Virus record (IMG/VR): IMGVR_UViG_3300020442_000005
Location: 62,001-126,000 of that record
Reading direction: 5' to 3' (one strand)
Length of the DNA stretch: 64,000 bases
Positions 29,601 to 37,764 of the stretch are shown here, in pieces. Position 1 is the stretch's first letter, and each line of letters opens with the position of its first letter. A program made the translations under genes and the position numbers. The notes beneath the pieces are model-generated. The model ran no database searches, had not been told where the DNA came from, and saw nothing but the letters and a program-made list of their open reading frames with translations.

Positions 29601-32212
29601 CCGGCGGAGAAACTCACGCTAAAGTATTACATTTAACATCATCAGCCACGATTAATGCTAATTACTTTCTAAGTGGAACTATTACGGCCGGTACAACTGT
29701 AACACACCCTCATAAGTCAGACCTAACAAACGCTGGTCAAAGCACTACAGACCGATTGCTCGTCTATAACTTGGCCAATAGTTCAACGGCTCTGGTTGAG
29801 ACTTTCCGTAGAGAAGATTTTCGAATCGTTTCCGCATCATATGATACTCAGGCATCGATTGTGGACGCTCCAAACATATGGAACTCAGAAACATATATGA
29901 CGTCCTCAAACGCCGGGCATTCAAACGGGCTTCAATTCTTTAATGAAAAGCTGCTATCACCAAAAAATACTATAAACGGTGGTAACTTTTCAATCTTTGC
30001 TAGTGGCCCATCCGAAAACCCAAATTATTCTGCGGTTTCGGGCACGCGAACGTTTTTGCGGTGGTTTAAGAATGAGACTGGATCAACCCAATATGATTTT
30101 TCTCTTGCTATTACCGGAACTGGAACTATAGTCACGGAAGGAACAGCGCTTACAGGAGATAGAATATCTGTACTTATACGGCGCCCACCGGCAACCGGAT
30201 ATATGGATTTAGCATCTGCCTTTGTTCTAGATTCTGTTGGTGACACAGCTGGAGCCCATACTGCAAACAGTGTTATAAGCTTCGATAACAGTCTAGACGC
30301 AACAAACTATGTCAACTTTGGAAATGTCGGTGTTGCCGACGATGCTTATGTCGTTGTAAAAATTATTGCGGATGCAAATTGGACTGGCAATATTTCAAAC
30401 ATCACGGTTGCATACGGTGCTGGTACCGGTACGCTTACACCGGTTCCCGATCTGGATGACATCGATGTAGATCCAGACGGCACAGATGCCAACTTATCTT
30501 TCGGGGCAGCCAAAACAATCTCTGGTTATGCAAACCCGACCTCTGCAGCCGGATTTACAGCGGCGGACTTAAATGACCTTTACCAAACTGCAGAAAACAG
30601 CAACAACTTACGAGCTTCAGTCTTTAATGGTACTGTAACAATAGAAGGCGATCTAAATGCAGATGTCAGCTCTCCAGGAAACGATTTCTTTGCTAGGACA
30701 TTTTCTGATGCAAATAGCGGCTCTTTAAAACTAGAAGTTAACGGCGCCGTTATTCATACGGTTGAAATAACTGGATCTCAAACACTGATCGGGTCTGCGG
30801 CACCGCCTTCGGGTGACGGATCATCTGTAAATTCAGATGGTTCCGGGTTTACAAGTATTAGTCGATGGGAACCCGGGCTGTTTGACAATGGTGTTCCACG
30901 TTATAGTGAAATTCAACGTAGTGCAAAATATAAAATCGTAGCAGCTTCTCAGAGACCCGGGTGGAACTATGCAAGAGTCATACACACCGTCGGTGGCTCT
31001 GACAGAACGACCAATTACGTAGAATGGATTAACGATGCCGATGCAAATGCATTAAGCGGCAGTGATTCAATATCTGTTTTTGGCGACAATTCATTTTCAT
31101 ATCTGAGCGGTGTCAAATACTTTAATTCTCCATCGGGAAGTTTAAGAAGTGAAATTCATCACATTTATAAAAACGTTTATTCTGATAGCGACAGCGCTAT
31201 TAGCTTTACGTCATTAACAAATGCTACCGCAGCCCAAATCATTCAGTCCGGCTCTGGCCTAAGTTCCACTAAAACAACAAATGCGGCAACTGACAGCTTG
31301 CAAACTTTGGCGACTAGCACAGATTCTCAGAACCAAATATTACATGTTACCGGTACCTTAAACTTTTCGCAATCAAAGTCTCTTCCGGGAACATATACAA
31401 CTGCATATTCTTGCGGCGGAAGAATGGTTTTCGATCACCCACTAAAAACCAATCTTACGACATCTGCTCAGACTAAAACAAATCTATTAGTATGGACACC
31501 ATCTGACACATCAAACGCAAACACCAACGAATACTTTACTGGAGAAACCTATCGCCTGATTTCCGGATCCTATACTGCTCAGTCCGACATCACCGGTGGT
31601 TCGAGAACCTGGAACTCTCAACGCTCAATGAATGACCAAGGATCATATCCAGAGCATGCCACTGGACTTTTGATATACGATACATATTTAATCCCTCCCA
31701 AAGACGGTGGATCATCTGGAGACTTTAGGAACCACACCGAAGGTGGAGGAATTGAATCTCCACTCGGCAACGTTAATTATTCATCTGGCGTGTTAACAAA
31801 TTCAACAAGAGATTATTATAGGTCTTTTTTAAACAACACTAGTAATGATCGACCATCAGTTCAGATTACTCTTGTCGGTGATGCAACTATAGTAGGGTTA
31901 ACTGGGGCAAACGCGGCCGCTTTAGGCGCAAACAAAAACATATATGTAGAAGTTGCAATCCCAGGAAAAACAGGGTTTCTAGATTTAGGTCGACCCTCTG
32001 CCGGATCTGGTAATTATAACACCGGTGACGGATGTCTTTCTGGAGACCTAGATGCTACTGTCGACGGGTCTGGGGCTACAAACGTGTGTACATTTAATGG
32101 AAAAACAGTTGATGGCACGGCATCTGCTGCAGCTGAATACTTAGTAATTCGAATACTTGCCAGCAAGAACTGGACCGGTAAGCTCGAAAGTATAGCTATA
32201 AGTTGGAGTTAA
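26672..32212 (+). CDS. Giant tail-fibre/adhesin-like virion protein (1846 aa) with internal repeats
   Basis: Fibre shaft repeats (AGTGLSGGG; GD...D......KK.TV) and two tandem C-terminal domains of about 570 aa. Confidence 0.75.
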   Translation: MSSNRNNSKNNNIVARSKQGTPGSNMVWTNEAVSEADFMVFRDALTNKIVNVVAPNGLQVGLFDENFPGNLTATGHITGSGQIYAHHDVTARLGFTGSLQKLYNGNDFLQEGSNVTITNNADGSISIAANASSTTANALTAGSGLTMGGSTFDGSAARTIKIDINSESSVAAATGDFVLIHDLTDGTLKKTTVGSIQGSGATIDIAGLSNSLNETTLAQGDLFAVADIDAANETKKITVQDFSQFLAGETNGGLDETSGKLKLDLNDLSSVTPDVSADSLAFVDAGDSSTKKSTIATLVTGIAGTVTSTGLGSSAGTLKVDITNQTSVGSLASGDEVLIYDIDAAALKKATVSDFSVGAAPVDAEYVVLSSNGTLSNEAVLTAGDGLDLTSATLSLDLKSSSGLKIDSTELAIEPADFAGTGLEDDGSDNLRISTSAAGTGLSGGGGSALSVDYGSSAGTAVQGNTTFAFSAGHGLSGGIGSTAIGSGISGNFDVEPEEFAGLGLNTSGNKNNVYLQAGASILITTGSDDSIVISATSSGGGAVGTITQVTAGTGLSGGGSSGNVTLAIDDSVVATLTGSQFSGHIGVTGSISNTTFVTSSLLSAFALSGSLTKLENGNDYLLPGPGITLTTGSDGSITINTSESGGTIGDAEDGTYEDGIFTDFVPSTPTGTAIDRFNELFKLLAPAPAPDLDNVDVDTTDGITALLSFGASNNQFFESPSYASSSVEAGFASVDVNGSYGPSTSGANIRKGIYTGTTIVSGTLNEDVAVNQHNSGVVNHVANAFGDANTGTLQLYVNGEIVQSVDLTQASSGTGVPGSGTGTQLNSNSSGFVTLSQTGSAVQSTGVNFETFQHRTGQFQVGVADQRNGWNYARVVHDKGSTSVTTNYVEWINDSNNDALAAAGNSIEFTGSGSIHLSGVEYFQSGTITYKSRVTNAYKYVHDNNAIQFPTADASASESGLSFSLANQSKPTIDTAGGETHAKVLHLTSSATINANYFLSGTITAGTTVTHPHKSDLTNAGQSTTDRLLVYNLANSSTALVETFRREDFRIVSASYDTQASIVDAPNIWNSETYMTSSNAGHSNGLQFFNEKLLSPKNTINGGNFSIFASGPSENPNYSAVSGTRTFLRWFKNETGSTQYDFSLAITGTGTIVTEGTALTGDRISVLIRRPPATGYMDLASAFVLDSVGDTAGAHTANSVISFDNSLDATNYVNFGNVGVADDAYVVVKIIADANWTGNISNITVAYGAGTGTLTPVPDLDDIDVDPDGTDANLSFGAAKTISGYANPTSAAGFTAADLNDLYQTAENSNNLRASVFNGTVTIEGDLNADVSSPGNDFFARTFSDANSGSLKLEVNGAVIHTVEITGSQTLIGSAAPPSGDGSSVNSDGSGFTSISRWEPGLFDNGVPRYSEIQRSAKYKIVAASQRPGWNYARVIHTVGGSDRTTNYVEWINDADANALSGSDSISVFGDNSFSYLSGVKYFNSPSGSLRSEIHHIYKNVYSDSDSAISFTSLTNATAAQIIQSGSGLSSTKTTNAATDSLQTLATSTDSQNQILHVTGTLNFSQSKSLPGTYTTAYSCGGRMVFDHPLKTNLTTSAQTKTNLLVWTPSDTSNANTNEYFTGETYRLISGSYTAQSDITGGSRTWNSQRSMNDQGSYPEHATGLLIYDTYLIPPKDGGSSGDFRNHTEGGGIESPLGNVNYSSGVLTNSTRDYYRSFLNNTSNDRPSVQITLVGDATIVGLTGANAAALGANKNIYVEVAIPGKTGFLDLGRPSAGSGNYNTGDGCLSGDLDATVDGSGATNVCTFNGKTVDGTASAAAEYLVIRILASKNWTGKLESIAISWS
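28730..32209 (+). repeat. Tandem duplication of a domain of about 560-590 aa (about 28730-30415 and 30440-32209)
   Basis: PAPDLDNVDVD vs PVPDLDDIDVD; GWNYARVVH...TTNYVEWIND vs GWNYARVIH...TTNYVEWIND; LSGVEYF vs LSGVKYF; NWTGNISNI vs NWTGKLESI. Confidence 0.85.
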
Positions 32213-32213
32213 A

Positions 32214-33941
32214 ATGGCTGGAAAATCGAATACATCAGCAACGTTTTTTGCTCAAAAAAAGCTTCTTGGGAAAGCCCACACCTCAAATCTGAAAGTTGAC
32301 GGTGAAGAAGTTATTGGCTCTAATATACAGGCGGCGACTAGCCTTATATTTGGGCAATCAATTCCTACATCGCCGTCGTTAACATTAAACACAGTTCAAT
32401 CTTCGACAGTCGAGTACATACAATTTGATTTGGTTGCACTTGATGGAACCCGGTATATAGCTAGCTCTACAGGTGGAGGCGCCGGATCCGACTCTGGTGA
32501 AGATTCTCAATCATCGGGTACGCACGCATATCAGTTTAGGCTACCTTCTAATTATGAATCATTAACAGACAATTCAGCGGCTGGAAATGGGGTTTTTGAC
32601 AACAGCAAAATAGTACATGAAACATTGGGCGCGTTACAGTTAATACCCCCATTCTTTTCAAGAGATGCGCCTAATCCATATATTGTAAAAATTTACAAAG
32701 ATAACGGATCTGGAGGTGTTGGAGACGAAATCCCTCTTTTAGATAATATCGATTGGAATGTTGATTTTTATAACGGTATTCTGTTCTTGCAAGACTTTGA
32801 TGGATCCAAAATACCAGCTTTTGCTAAATGTTTTGCTTATGTTGGGCAAATGGCGAGCCAAGTTATTTCTGGTGGCGGTGGAGGCGGCACACCAGGAGGC
32901 TCGAATACTCAAGTGCAATTCAACGATGGTGGCTCCTTTGGTGGTGACTCTGGTTTAGTATATAATAAGACGACAAACACACTTACGACCGATAATCTAT
33001 CTGGATCTTTAACTAGGCTGAGCGATGGTTCATCTTACCTAGTAGCTGGCGATAATGTAACAATCACATCGGCTTCAAATGGACAGGTCACAATAGCATC
33101 AGCTATAGGACTCACAGAGCTTTCAGAAGACACGTCGCCTGAGCTTGGTGGTCAACTGGTAACAGGAGACCATAAGATCGCTTTTGGTACAGGGAACAAC
33201 ACAAGCGAAATCGATTTTACATATAATGGAGGCGGTAACTTCACAGCCATCGCTAGCGTAAAGTCTATTGACATGTTTTTAGATCTTAATGGTGGTGACT
33301 CAGGCCAGAAATTTAGAATATTTAATAATTTACAGCCCACTAGTGCATATGCTGCAGGAACAAACACGGATACTAATGCAATATTTATGGTTCGTGAGGA
33401 AGGTAACGTCTTTACAAAAGGATACGTAACAGCTTCAATGGGTTTTAGCGGATCATTGACTACGTTGACTGACGGTACTCCATATATAAACGCTGGCAAT
33501 GGAATCACTGTCTCAACCGGGTCAAATGGATCTATCACAATTGACTCGCTCGCGGGAGCAGCAGATCTATCGGGAATGCAGTTTGTAACATTCGGTGCGG
33601 AATCTTCTTTGTCAAATGAACGTGTTTTGACACAAGGCGATGGAATAATAATAAGTACGGCAAATCCGGGTCAAATTGTCGTATCCTCGACTGGATTACT
33701 ATCGCGAACAAAAAAGTTTTATGAAGTAACTCAATCTCACGGTGCGACACATCCGTTTTCAACCCCGGGAATAAACTTTTCAACAGTTGATTATGATTTC
33801 AATAAGATAGATGTTTTTTACAATGGACAGGCGTTGCGATCGGGATCTTCGTACGACTATGTTGTAAATAATTCATCTGAAATTACGTTTGATTTTGATC
33901 TAGATGAGGACGATCAGATTCTAGTAATTACTTTTCAGTGA
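32214..33941 (+). CDS. Tail-fibre-like virion protein
   Basis: PGGSNTQVQFNDGGSFGGD and EDTSPELGG fibre motifs. Shares SGSLT.L.DG..Y..AG modules with the upstream fibre. Confidence 0.7.
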   Translation: MAGKSNTSATFFAQKKLLGKAHTSNLKVDGEEVIGSNIQAATSLIFGQSIPTSPSLTLNTVQSSTVEYIQFDLVALDGTRYIASSTGGGAGSDSGEDSQSSGTHAYQFRLPSNYESLTDNSAAGNGVFDNSKIVHETLGALQLIPPFFSRDAPNPYIVKIYKDNGSGGVGDEIPLLDNIDWNVDFYNGILFLQDFDGSKIPAFAKCFAYVGQMASQVISGGGGGGTPGGSNTQVQFNDGGSFGGDSGLVYNKTTNTLTTDNLSGSLTRLSDGSSYLVAGDNVTITSASNGQVTIASAIGLTELSEDTSPELGGQLVTGDHKIAFGTGNNTSEIDFTYNGGGNFTAIASVKSIDMFLDLNGGDSGQKFRIFNNLQPTSAYAAGTNTDTNAIFMVREEGNVFTKGYVTASMGFSGSLTTLTDGTPYINAGNGITVSTGSNGSITIDSLAGAADLSGMQFVTFGAESSLSNERVLTQGDGIIISTANPGQIVVSSTGLLSRTKKFYEVTQSHGATHPFSTPGINFSTVDYDFNKIDVFYNGQALRSGSSYDYVVNNSSEITFDFDLDEDDQILVITFQ

Positions 33942-34078
33942 CGATCGTTTTAGCAAATTAAAACTATTAAAAATATTGATATATTACGGTAGTTCAGTAT
34001 GAATAAGAACTATTTTAATTATTGAAAATTTATCGCTTTTAATAATGTAGACTTGGTGGGTTAAATATTTTTGATGGC

Positions 34079-34086
34079 ATAATTAT
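34079..34086 (+). promoter_or_regulatory. Candidate late promoter ATAATTAT (overlaps TATAAT)
   Basis: Motif copy at the end of a long AT-rich intergenic region. Confidence 0.5.
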
Positions 34087-34113
34087 AATCGTGGATACCA
34101 AATGGAGTTAAGA

Positions 34114-34332
34114 ATGAAGTATCAAACATCCGATTTATCAATCGCTGCATTTTTGATGATGAAAGGCCTAAAGCTTGTTTCTGCAGACCGAGAATCATCT
34201 GGGCGGTTCATGTTCGTGTTTGATGATCCAAATAACGAAGGCGTAAAATACGCTATAGAATTTGCAGGGTCAGACTGTGCAGTTTATGATAACCACGTGC
34301 GGAATCTTAAAAAAATATTGTACAGAAATTAA
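34114..34332 (+). CDS. Small protein, DUF5659-like
   Basis: YQTSDLSIAAFLMMKG.KL...FMFVF pattern. ATG at 34114 after GGAG (track start 34102). Confidence 0.6.
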   Translation: MKYQTSDLSIAAFLMMKGLKLVSADRESSGRFMFVFDDPNNEGVKYAIEFAGSDCAVYDNHVRNLKKILYRN

Positions 34333-34365
34333 ACAGTTATTTTAGATTTAAATCTTGTTAGAGTC

Positions 34366-34373
34366 ATACTTAT
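34366..34373 (+). promoter_or_regulatory. Candidate late promoter ATACTTAT
   Basis: Variant motif about 100 nt upstream of the 34476 gene. Confidence 0.35.
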
Positions 34374-34475
34374 AGTAAAGAAATTTAGGTAAGTAGCGTT
34401 CGTTAAGTTCAGATATATTCTCTTATTGTTGTAGAAGAGTAAAAAACAAACAATTGTATAAATGGAGAAATACAA

Positions 34476-36272
34476 ATGGCTATTAAATCACAAATAAGAT
34501 TAGCTCAGCTTACCGGGTCTCTTGATGACGGTGGTGCAGCTAACGATCCATCATCGGTAAATAAATCACTCGTCGCAACCAGTTTGCAAGACGTGATGGA
34601 CGCTATCGGTGCTGGTATTCAAAAAATTCACGGTGCTAGCTCATTCAACTTGGCTAACGCTGGTGAATTCTCACACACAATCAAACCTGCTTCTGACGAC
34701 GGAGCTGCACTTGGTACTGCAAGTAACAACTGGTCTGATCTTTTCATTGCTGATGAAGGGGTTATTAACTTAGGTGACGATCAAGACGTAAAATTGACTC
34801 ACGTTCCTGATGCTGGTGTTATCTTGAATTCAACCAACTATCTTGGCTTCAATGATGCTGGTACTGCTATTAGCTCACCTGCTGACGGTAAGTTATTACT
34901 TAGCTCTGACGGTGCTTCAGACGATGCTATCGAGATCAAAACCACAAATGCCGCTGGTGAAATTGTAATCGAATCGGCGCATACTGCAGGTAGAGCAATC
35001 TTCCTTGATGGTAATGCTGATGCTGGTTCTATTGTTGACATCGACGCTGGTATCTTGCAAATCGATGCAGCTGGTGTTGGTCACATTCAAACTGGTGGTA
35101 CATTGAGCTTGGCTACAGGCACTTCTGGTGTTGCTGTCAACATCGGTCACGCAACCTCTGAAGTTACTATCGGTGATAACCTTGTTGTTACTGGTGACTT
35201 GACAGTAAATGGTGACACGACAACTGTTAATACAGCAAACTTGGCTGTTGAAGATCCTCTCATTGTTTTAGGTTCAGGAAATACTGGTACTACAGTTGAT
35301 CTTGGTCTTGTGATGGTTCGTAATGGAAATAACATTGCAGCCTTCTTCGACGAATCTGATGCAGATACTTTCAAGTTCCAACAGACTCTTGCTGATGGTA
35401 CTGGAACTACTGTTGCATCACCTGATAACAGAACTGCATTGCCAGTACGTGTTGATGTTTTGGAAATCTCCGGATCTCTTGCATCTAACGGTGGTAAACT
35501 GAGAGTTGCTGATCCAGGTGACGGTACTTCGAGATTCATCGCAGAATCAAACAGAGACATCTTGTTAAACGCTGAAGGTACTGGTAAGATTCTTTTCACC
35601 GATTTATCTGCTCAAACCTCAAACGGTTTTGGTTTGGTAATCAACGTTGCAACCGACGACAAAGCAGAACTTAAGCTTGGATCTGAAGCTTCTAACTTCA
35701 TGGTTTTAGATACTGGAAACGACAGAGTTGACGTTGAAAGTGGATTCAGACTGAAGAACCCGGATGCTTCAACTGGTGCTAAGATGCAGATGTTCGAAGG
35801 TACGAACAATGGTTCAAACTTCTCTACATTCAGAGCGCCATCTAACCTTGCTAACGACAGTGTTGTTTTCGAACTTCCAAACTCAAATGGTACTGCTGAC
35901 TATGTTTTGAGTACAAATGGTTCTGGTGTTACATCTTGGGTTGCTCAAGGTGGTCAGGCTAATGCATTCAAAGCTCAGCTTACTCTTAATGATGCGACTC
36001 TTGCTGCAAACAGTGGTTTGGCTACAGCAACAGGCATCAGTGAGCAGAACCTCAGCGCGATTCAAACCGCCAATGCTTCAAAGGCTGTTGACGTATACGT
36101 TAATGGTCAGTTGCTTGTATCTGGTTCTGGACCTTTCAGTACTAACACAAGTGCGGCATCTTTCACCTCTGGTGACTATATTGCCTCAACATTGGACATG
36201 AGTGCATTCGACATTAAGTTCGCTTTCGGACTTGAAAAGGATGACGTTGTTTCAATCATCGGTCGTGCATAA
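34476..36272 (+). CDS. Fibre-like virion protein, probably highly expressed
   Basis: GDLTVNGDTTTVNTANLAVEDPLIVL and LPNSNGTADYVLSTNGSGVTSW fibre motifs. Strongly biased codon usage. Confidence 0.75.
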   Translation: MAIKSQIRLAQLTGSLDDGGAANDPSSVNKSLVATSLQDVMDAIGAGIQKIHGASSFNLANAGEFSHTIKPASDDGAALGTASNNWSDLFIADEGVINLGDDQDVKLTHVPDAGVILNSTNYLGFNDAGTAISSPADGKLLLSSDGASDDAIEIKTTNAAGEIVIESAHTAGRAIFLDGNADAGSIVDIDAGILQIDAAGVGHIQTGGTLSLATGTSGVAVNIGHATSEVTIGDNLVVTGDLTVNGDTTTVNTANLAVEDPLIVLGSGNTGTTVDLGLVMVRNGNNIAAFFDESDADTFKFQQTLADGTGTTVASPDNRTALPVRVDVLEISGSLASNGGKLRVADPGDGTSRFIAESNRDILLNAEGTGKILFTDLSAQTSNGFGLVINVATDDKAELKLGSEASNFMVLDTGNDRVDVESGFRLKNPDASTGAKMQMFEGTNNGSNFSTFRAPSNLANDSVVFELPNSNGTADYVLSTNGSGVTSWVAQGGQANAFKAQLTLNDATLAANSGLATATGISEQNLSAIQTANASKAVDVYVNGQLLVSGSGPFSTNTSAASFTSGDYIASTLDMSAFDIKFAFGLEKDDVVSIIGRA

Positions 36273-36295
36273 ATCTATTTATTAGATTTATATAT

Positions 36296-36324
36296 GCGGG
36301 CATGTGTATACATGCCCGCTTTTT
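36296..36324 (+). terminator. Rho-independent terminator
   Basis: GCGGGCATGT-GTAT-ACATGCCCGC perfect 10-bp stem followed by TTTTT. A second AT-rich hairpin (36269-36291) lies just upstream. Confidence 0.88.
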
Positions 36325-36363
36325 ATTTGTATTATGTATCAATCATTTTCAAAGGAGCAAAAA

Positions 36364-36708
36364 ATGAGTTTACCACTAAATGAATTAAAAGCTTTCGAAA
36401 GCGAGATTAAAAATAATTTTAATGAACTTACTGATGCAAGAAAGCTTTTACAAGATATATCTGACAAAGTTATCCAGGAAGCACAGACAGCCATCAACGC
36501 GGCAAACGATACAGCATCGTATGATGAAAAGATCGATAGTCTAGTTAAAGGTATTCAAGGAATCGTAAAAACAGTTCAGGACACCAAGAGGAGTGTTGAT
36601 AGCGCGTCAGAAAAACACAAATCAGATCTACAGCTTTTATCTAGATTGAAAACAAGATTCTCTGACACCGAGGAAATGGAAAAAAAAACGAGCACAACTC
36701 AAAAATAA
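36364..36708 (+). CDS. Coiled-coil protein, possibly extended by frameshift to 36793
   Basis: AAGGAG SD before ATG 36364. The track start at 36304 lies inside the terminator. Heptad-like helices; A9 run at 36680-36688. Confidence 0.65.
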   Translation: MSLPLNELKAFESEIKNNFNELTDARKLLQDISDKVIQEAQTAINAANDTASYDEKIDSLVKGIQGIVKTVQDTKRSVDSASEKHKSDLQLLSRLKTRFSDTEEMEKKTSTTQK

Positions 36709-36810
36709 ACCATTGTCTAAATTAAGATCTCGAGAAAAACTTGGTCAAAGACCTATAAATGTTGCAAAATACCGAAGAAAAATTCAGTCATAGCATTTTT
36801 AACGTTGCGT

Positions 36811-36818
36811 ATAATTAA
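36811..36818 (+). promoter_or_regulatory. Candidate late promoter ATAATTAA
   Basis: Motif copy 22 nt before the ATG, followed by AAGGAG. Confidence 0.5.
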
Positions 36819-36840
36819 TAAAAGGAGAAGTTAAAAAGTT

Positions 36841-37761
36841 ATGGCTGGTATTTTAAACGACAAACAAAGAATAATGGATGTTCTTCTAACTACAAATGGC
36901 CGCCGGCAAATTGCTGATGGTACATTTGAAATTGAGTTTGCATCTTTTTCAGATCATGGCGTATTTTATAGAGCGGGTGATGGTAACGTTGCAGATGATG
37001 CCGGTTCAAGAATTATGTTTGAATCATATTCTTCTCCATCGGATACGGTAATACCAGAAATAAACTCGGCTGGAGCTATATCAATGGATATATTCTCCGG
37101 GAACAATCTTGTCGACGGTAAAATACATACAACAGACACTAGTTCCGGTACACCTGTTCCAAGATTTATTTCTGGATCGGCTAATGTGTTTAGCGCATCT
37201 GCAGATGTTTTGCAAAACGCTATTAATAGTTTTGATAATTTACAGATTATAGGAACAAAAAATAATTGGTCGAATCAAGATTTCTTTAAAACTGATAAAA
37301 GTCAAATTGAATTTGATCGTCCAGCTACAACCAACACGAGCTCAAAGTTTGTCGACGCAATGAGTCCTGTCTTTACTAATGACTCCTTTGCGTCTCTTCC
37401 TGCTTTCAAGTATTTAGCGCCAGTTTACGATGATCCATTTAGTACAAATGAATTGCCTTTGGCGGCTTATAGACGTATGAACAATTATCCTAGATTGACT
37501 TTTGAACAAGTAAAGTCTCAATATGAATATGCTCAAAAAGAGACAATAGAACTTTCATCAGACGATCCTTACTTAAATATTGTTTCACAAGTGTTTGAAA
37601 TGAACGTGGACAGCATAGGAAAATTGGCAATAGTGGATTACGGAACATATGTTGACGAAACCGGCGACGAATTAGGGTGTGTTTATCACTTGGGAAAGGT
37701 ATTTAGGGATTCGAACAATATTCCAAAGTTCGTAAAGGTTTTAACAATTATTTTTGAGTAA
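36841..37761 (+). CDS. Putative baseplate/fibre-attachment protein, N-terminus paralogous to 47405-48100
   Basis: MAGILNDKQRIMDVLLTTNGRRQIADGTFEIEFASFSD. Confidence 0.55.
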   Translation: MAGILNDKQRIMDVLLTTNGRRQIADGTFEIEFASFSDHGVFYRAGDGNVADDAGSRIMFESYSSPSDTVIPEINSAGAISMDIFSGNNLVDGKIHTTDTSSGTPVPRFISGSANVFSASADVLQNAINSFDNLQIIGTKNNWSNQDFFKTDKSQIEFDRPATTNTSSKFVDAMSPVFTNDSFASLPAFKYLAPVYDDPFSTNELPLAAYRRMNNYPRLTFEQVKSQYEYAQKETIELSSDDPYLNIVSQVFEMNVDSIGKLAIVDYGTYVDETGDELGCVYHLGKVFRDSNNIPKFVKVLTIIFE

Positions 37762-37764
37762 AAT

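Noticed and set aside
33942-34475. tRNA or known ncRNA in the long intergenic gaps
   Set aside because: The gaps are very AT-rich, and I could not build a cloverleaf or find a convincing T-arm.
26672-36272. Diversity-generating retroelement acting on the fibres
   Set aside because: The repeats are diverged protein-level repeats, not near-identical DNA differing at adenines. No reverse transcriptase is in the window.
36304-36363. Track start for the coiled-coil ORF
   Set aside because: It lies inside the terminator hairpin. The SD supports ATG at 36364.
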